64,000 bases of DNA, taken from a virus. The notes under the pieces are model-generated. The model did no database searches, was not told the origin of the DNA, and saw only the letters and a list, made by a program, of their open reading frames with translations. Position 1 is the first letter of the stretch; each line of letters begins with the position of its first letter. The stretch lies in the IMG/VR virus record IMGVR_UViG_3300045918_000131, positions 30,249 through 94,248 of that record. One strand, 5' to 3'. Position numbers and translations under genes: made by a program. Positions 60,054-64,000 of the stretch are shown here, one piece after another.

Positions 60054-60106
60054 TTATTTAATAAAGCTATTATACGTAGTAATAACCAAAAGGTCAAGAT
60101 CTTTAT
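60054..60106 (-). promoter_or_regulatory. Early promoter cassette (copy 5)
   Basis: TTGACC-17 nt-TATAAT-AGCTTTATTAAATAAG. Confidence 0.8.
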
Positions 60107-60253
60107 CCAAACGAATCAGAGCAAAGTTATAGTAGTTGTTACATAAACCTAAACGAAGAGCGTTCGTAGAACGTCATTATAACCATTAGATGTATAATCA
60201 ATAACTTACAATTTTAATTAACTACTTGATAATATTAGAGACTTGAATATATG

Positions 60254-60484
60254 TTAGTTTGAAGGATTATCTGCAGGCAATACTTCCCCCGGAAGTCGGT
60301 CAACATAATAATCTTTATCCTCGACTGCCACAATAGAGACCTGCTTCATTGTTTGCGGAAATTTCGCATGATCGCAATCACACTTGATTAATGTACATGC
60401 TGTTTCTTCTCCATTGGCTTTTCTATCTAACTTTGAGAGAAGCGAAAGCAAATTTCTACGACTTAGATATACTTTATTCATCAT
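60254..60484 (-). CDS. Small hypothetical protein
   Basis: LSRRNLLSLLSKLDR...AVED.DYY.DR.PG. Confidence 0.6.
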   Translation of the reverse strand: MMNKVYLSRRNLLSLLSKLDRKANGEETACTLIKCDCDHAKFPQTMKQVSIVAVEDKDYYVDRLPGEVLPADNPSN

Positions 60485-60601
60485 TAACAGTTCCTGTTAG
60501 TCATTGTCCGGCCCAATACAAAGCCCACTACTATGCTAAAAGATGAAAAAGTAAACATTGTATATAATAAGACCAAATCATTCATCATTTTTTCCATCCT
60601 T

Positions 60602-60772
60602 TAAGAAAAATATGGAATATCCACATACTGACATTTAGGACAACACATAACTGCAATGCGACCTACATAGATTTCAATATCACAATTAGAAGCGTAGTTA
60701 TCTTTACCTCCAATAGTGAATTCTTCCATCTCATCGCATAAGTTTCCTTCGTCTGCGTTTGGACATTTCACT
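60602..60772 (-). CDS. Small zinc-ribbon protein (56 aa, GTG start; coordinates approximate)
   Basis: Manual translation MKCPNADEGNLC...IAVMCCPKCQYVDIPYFS. Confidence 0.5.
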
Positions 60773-60933
60773 GTTTTTCATCCTTTCTTAATTCTTTTAC
60801 CATGCTAAATGCGTGTCGAATACAATCATCTACTGTAAGATTTTGCTTTGTTTGGTCTAGGCTAGACACACTGTCTTTCATTTTCATATGCGGTAGCCAC
60901 TCAGTCGCAAACTCAATTAAAGCCGCGATGTTT

Positions 60934-61236
60934 TCATCTCGACCCTTTCAGTGCTTCTTCGCACATTCTACGAATGGTAGATTTACTTTCATAGTCACAG
61001 TCAGACATAAAGTATATGCGTTCCAAGTGTTCTCGCAATCGGGCATTCTCTGCTTTTAATTCATCACTTTCCTGCATCAAGACTAAATTCTCAGAATCCA
61101 GTTTATTCATTTTAAAGGCGTACATTTCTTGCAGCGTATGGGCGAAGGCTCTTATCTCCTCTACAAATGTCTGAGTACTGTTTGTTTCGCACCGAATATC
61201 TATCCAAACTTTGTCTATCTCTTGGTCGTTCATCAT
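60934..61236 (-). CDS. Coiled-coil hypothetical protein
   Basis: ELKAENARLRE heptads. Confidence 0.55.
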   Translation of the reverse strand: MMNDQEIDKVWIDIRCETNSTQTFVEEIRAFAHTLQEMYAFKMNKLDSENLVLMQESDELKAENARLREHLERIYFMSDCDYESKSTIRRMCEEALKGSR

Positions 61237-61376
61237 TCACCCTTTCATTCGCCGTATTCATATCCACTCATAATCATTTCTCCTTTAGTTAAATTATTTC
61301 GCTGCTAAACGGATTTGCTTCCGAAGCGTCTAGTGTTTTCTGATCGATCATTTATACGCGCCCGCTCAACTCTACG

Positions 61377-61619
61377 TTAGACCACATTGGTTGCCATGCA
61401 CGCAAGCTCTTTCAGTTCTTCGTTGATTGTTTCCCTGTACAGAGGCCTCCGCGAGGCTATGCAGCATGTGTCCCTAAATTGCAAGTCAGCTATATGAATA
61501 ATCACCGATGCAACAAATCGCATCAATTCTGCGTTGTTAAACTGATAGCATTCCTCCCCATCTGCATCCTTGAAATATCCACATTCTTTTTTCGCGTTTT
61601 TGATTATGTGATCTTGCAT
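61377..61619 (-). CDS. Cassette ORF A, hypothetical
   Basis: Stop codon lies inside GTTAGAC; CGGAG RBS. Confidence 0.7.
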   Translation of the reverse strand: MQDHIIKNAKKECGYFKDADGEECYQFNNAELMRFVASVIIHIADLQFRDTCCIASRRPLYRETINEELKELACMATNVV

Positions 61620-61644
61620 GATCTTTACTCCGTAGTTAAGATTG

Positions 61645-61767
61645 GTCTAACCCGCCGTTCGAGTCGGACAGCCCGACATTTGCTTCTTTAACGCTTTCTG
61701 GTTTTTCCATGTTCATCGCTCCGTTTATAGTTCAGTGTTCGGGCTGCCGCTCAACTCGACGTTAGGC
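61645..61767 (+). repeat. attC site (complete)
   Basis: R'' GTCTAAC-5-L'' GTTCGAGT ... L' GCTCAAC-5-R' GTTAGGC; stem with two unpaired bases. Confidence 0.9.
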
Positions 61768-61769
61768 AA

Positions 61770-62024
61770 CTATGCCGTAGTTCCATAAAAATCAGCGAGC
61801 AATTTTGCTGTTTCATGGTTCCATACTGAGGCTATGTGTTTAACGTGGTCTCCGCCATGTCTGCCAATATGCAAAATGATGGTATGATCATTTGTGTAAT
61901 TTTTAACGAGCATGATGCAATCCTCAATTCCTTCTGGGTTGCGTACTTGTCCATACAGCATAGCTGGGTTGTCTTGATCTGGTATTTCATTGAAAGTTTT
62001 CGGGTAAAAGTTTACTATTTCCAT
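61770..62024 (-). CDS. Cassette ORF B, hypothetical
   Basis: Start re-assigned to MEIVNF after a CGGAG RBS. Confidence 0.65.
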   Translation of the reverse strand: MEIVNFYPKTFNEIPDQDNPAMLYGQVRNPEGIEDCIMLVKNYTNDHTIILHIGRHGGDHVKHIASVWNHETAKLLADFYGTTA

Positions 62025-62048
62025 GATGATTCTCCGTTGTAAAAAGTT

Positions 62049-62116
62049 GCCCAACCTAACAGTGAATAGGGACGGGCGAGAAGCCGCCCGCCCCTTACCT
62101 CTAAGATACGTTCGAC
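62049..62116 (+). repeat. attC site (hybrid/degenerate right end)
   Basis: GCCCAAC...GGGACGGGCG/CGCCCGCCCC stem...GTTCGAC. Confidence 0.65.
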
Positions 62117-62391
62117 ACCTCAATTAGCACATCACCATGACATGCTTTGGGCGAGCAGAAGCAAATCAAATCTTTCCCGGCAAGTTCACGTTTGGCTTCT
62201 TCTATCAAGAGCGGCTGCGAAAGTAACCATTCCTTGTATTTCGCAATCACAAGTTCACGAGTACCATACTCGCTCATAGTAAATGGATTGCCCCACTTGC
62301 TTGGCCTGCCAATGTAAACTGCGCCTTTCGGCATCCCATCTCGATATTTATTTAGTACCTTTGGCATCAGGCATTTCTCAAAAGTGCTCAT
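62101..62391 (-). CDS. DUF4326-family protein (cassette ORF C)
   Basis: VYIGRPSKWGNPF...L.GKDL.CFC.PKACHGDVL. Confidence 0.85.
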   Translation of the reverse strand: MSTFEKCLMPKVLNKYRDGMPKGAVYIGRPSKWGNPFTMSEYGTRELVIAKYKEWLLSQPLLIEEAKRELAGKDLICFCSPKACHGDVLIEVSNVS

Positions 62392-62444
62392 AAGTTCTCC
62401 TGTTTAATTAAAGTTCGTTCAGCTCCTCAACTCTACGTTAGCCG

Positions 62445-62639
62445 TCACAGTGGCATCCCTGTTTCGTCGTCCACCAAATACCCAGAGCATTTTCTGTCGT
62501 GGTATCGTGGGTTTGTTGTTCCGCACTGATGGCAAGGTGGACGTTCTGTTGGCTGGTTCCACCCGCACGGGCAATCGTGATTCTCTCCGTCGCCGCCCTC
62601 TAAATAGTTTCCGCATTCTGGGCAATATAGTTTTTTCAT
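62445..62639 (-). CDS. Cassette ORF D, Cys-rich zinc-ribbon protein
   Basis: CPECG, CPCG and CHQCG motifs; start MKKLY. Confidence 0.6.
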   Translation of the reverse strand: MKKLYCPECGNYLEGGDGENHDCPCGWNQPTERPPCHQCGTTNPRYHDRKCSGYLVDDETGMPL

Positions 62640-62662
62640 GTCTCGATCCGTAGTTAAAAGTC

Positions 62663-62720
62663 TGCTACCCGTCATTGCACGCGGACTGCCTACGGCAGCC
62701 GAGTTAACTCTACGTTAGGC
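62663..62720 (+). repeat. attC site (R'' with one base missing)
   Basis: TGCTA(A)C...CGGACTGCC-TAC-GGCAGCCG...TCTAC-GTTAGGC. Confidence 0.7.
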
Positions 62721-62915
62721 TTCAACATAGTTATATGACTCAGCATCAATTACACCTGCCGCATTCAATACTTTGTATTCCACCTTATCCATTTGCATTG
62801 TGTAAGGACGTGAAGATATCCCCCATGCTATTGCACACTTCGCTATATCAGCAAATGTAATTCCTCCACCATTTTCGTTTGATTCCCACCTAGCCTTAAA
62901 TTCTTGCTTATTCAT
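62715..62915 (-). CDS. Cassette ORF E, hypothetical
   Basis: Stop codon inside GTTAGGC. Confidence 0.6.
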   Translation of the reverse strand: MNKQEFKARWESNENGGGITFADIAKCAIAWGISSRPYTMQMDKVEYKVLNAAGVIDAESYNYVEA

Positions 62916-62972
62916 AATTCACCCTTTCTTAAACAAAATACGGAATATCTACATATTGGCATTTAGGGCAGC

Positions 62973-63047
62973 ACATAACCCCCATAGCGATTTAGACGAC
63001 AGGTGCGATAAACGACAAACACACCTGACCTCTAAGATACGTTCGAC
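62973..63047 (+). repeat. attC-like site (degenerate)
   Basis: ACATAAC...TTAGACGACAGGTG/CACCTGACCTCTAA stem...GTTCGAC. Confidence 0.55.
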
Positions 63048-63051
63048 CACA

Positions 63052-63228
63052 TCACAATTTGAAGTTTTTCGCCTTGTCGCGCTCTATGTTTTCGAGCAAT
63101 AGCCCACGTGCAACACGACGTGCAATATCCATTGATGTGCATGTCGCGATTTCTTTTCCGCGAGACTTGACCACGTATTTAATGCCTCCGGTTGTTTTGC
63201 AAAGGTATGTTGCCGCTTGATACTGCAT
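63052..63228 (-). CDS. Cassette ORF F (58 aa, not in track)
   Basis: Manual translation MQYQAATYLCKTTGGIKYVV...KNFKL with a CGGAG RBS; fits between GTTCGAC and GTCGAAC. Confidence 0.6.
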   Translation of the reverse strand: MQYQAATYLCKTTGGIKYVVKSRGKEIATCTSMDIARRVARGLLLENIERDKAKNFKL

Positions 63229-63251
63229 TTCAATCTCCGATTAAAGTAGGG

Positions 63252-63315
63252 GTCGAACCAATCATTCAAGAGGGACGCTGTAAAAGCGCAGCGCCCCTTA
63301 ATTCAGACGTTAGGC
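63252..63315 (+). repeat. attC site (complete, 64 bp)
   Basis: GTCGAAC-CAATC-ATTCAAGA...CCTTAAT-TCAGAC-GTTAGGC, the classical short attC layout. Confidence 0.9.
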
Positions 63316-63549
63316 ATCAGCCAAGTTGTAGTCACAAGGATCATCATAGTTATTTTTCGGTGCAATATTAATTTCTACGACGAGCTGGCGCACATTGCCC
63401 CAGCAAACACCCTCGACTCCTTCTGCCCATCCTTTGGCTGCATTATCCCGATATAGGTCAATCGCATTTTGTGCGCGTGTTTTCGCTTCGTCTTCCGTTG
63501 CGTGTAATTGGAAGCCATCATCTGGGTCGTAACTAAAAAATTTCATCAT
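63310..63549 (-). CDS. Cassette ORF G, hypothetical
   Basis: Stop codon inside GTTAGGC; GGAGG RBS. Confidence 0.65.
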   Translation of the reverse strand: MMKFFSYDPDDGFQLHATEDEAKTRAQNAIDLYRDNAAKGWAEGVEGVCWGNVRQLVVEINIAPKNNYDDPCDYNLADA

Positions 63550-63910
63550 TCACCTCCTTCGGTTGTGTAGCAGCTAAAATAGATAATGCATTATTGGTAT
63601 GGTCGTTTATGTCACTCACCATCTCTGGTGAGAACTTATCACCCCAAACTGTATTCAGTACGACTAATATTTCTGAATTTTTTACCAAAGCCTCACGTAA
63701 CATCGCCACTTGTTCCTGTGACTCTGCAAGCTGGGTGCGGAGGGATTCGACCAGTCCGCATTCTTCTGGTGTATAAGCTGACGGAGCTTCCAACCTCTCA
63801 ATCATGATAGCCTGCTCGTAAACTATTCCTCCGAGTCGACGGACTTCTGCCGACATGTTCTCGTGTAGTTCCTTGACGTACTTATTAGACGGTTGTCTTA
63901 TCGGCTGCAT
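63533..63910 (-). CDS. Coiled-coil hypothetical protein
   Basis: GAGGAG RBS; overlaps the next gene. Confidence 0.55.
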   Translation of the reverse strand: MQPIRQPSNKYVKELHENMSAEVRRLGGIVYEQAIMIERLEAPSAYTPEECGLVESLRTQLAESQEQVAMLREALVKNSEILVVLNTVWGDKFSPEMVSDINDHTNNALSILAATQPKEVNDEIF

Positions 63911-64000
63911 ATAATTCTCCTCGTAACCCTATCCTGCATCATTATATCTTACCTGACTATTAACACTACTTCACTTGTTTCCAGCAAGCCTTTGCATATA

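Larger units (their letters stand above)
61364..63315 (+). mobile_element. Integron gene-cassette array lacking an integrase in the window (CALIN-like)
   Basis: Complete or partial attC sites at 61364-61382, 61645-61767, 62049-62116, 62425-62443, 62663-62720, 62973-63047 and 63252-63315; short ORFs between them; visibly higher GC. Confidence 0.85.

Noticed and set aside
63084-63269. Track ORF of 61 aa (also 62419-62625 and the 5' extensions to 62123 and 62675)
   Set aside because: These run through attC sites; alternative starts or frames with good RBSs fit the cassette boundaries
61364-63315. CRISPR array or simple terminators
   Set aside because: The repeats are not identical or evenly spaced, they enclose ORFs, and they show the attC box structure
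3023-63807. Many short opposite-strand ORFs in the track (e.g. 3951-4496, 11244-11717, 45821-46162)
   Set aside because: They are antisense shadows of well-supported genes, with no motifs
1-64000. tRNA/rRNA genes and an intI integrase
   Set aside because: None recognised by eye; a tRNAscan-SE/HMM run would be needed to exclude them

Overview
AT-rich, densely coding 64-kb segment of a large lytic dsDNA tailed phage (T4-like/jumbo myovirus type). The host is probably a Gram-negative proteobacterium (inference). Core phage genes: GroES, clamp-loader subunits, class Ia ribonucleotide reductase, gp41-like helicase, primase, UvsW-like helicase, PD-(D/E)XK nuclease, a PAAR spike and a tail/baseplate protein. 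Four things stand out. (1) A ~26-kb block (18.0-43.8 kb) of about 24 mostly unrelated enzyme genes (kinases, ART-like, GNAT, NTase, papain-like, ParB) that all begin with the same ~9-aa leader resembling the T4 capsid-targeting sequence. It includes a 1211-aa polyprotein with I/L-x-E sites at module boundaries, so it looks like a modular virion-packaged effector arsenal. (2) An integron-type cassette array (about 7 complete or partial attC sites, 61.36-63.32 kb) with no integrase in the window, in which every ORF is antisense to attC polarity. (3) nrdA fractured by a naturally split intein at the catalytic Cys, with a possible homing-endonuclease remnant in the gap. (4) Host-signalling and cell-wall genes: a PAS-GGDEF-EAL protein, a stand-alone receiver, CYTH, a PBP7-like peptidase and SleB. 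No tRNA, rRNA or CRISPR array was recognised. All calls come from reading motifs by eye; no database searches were run.
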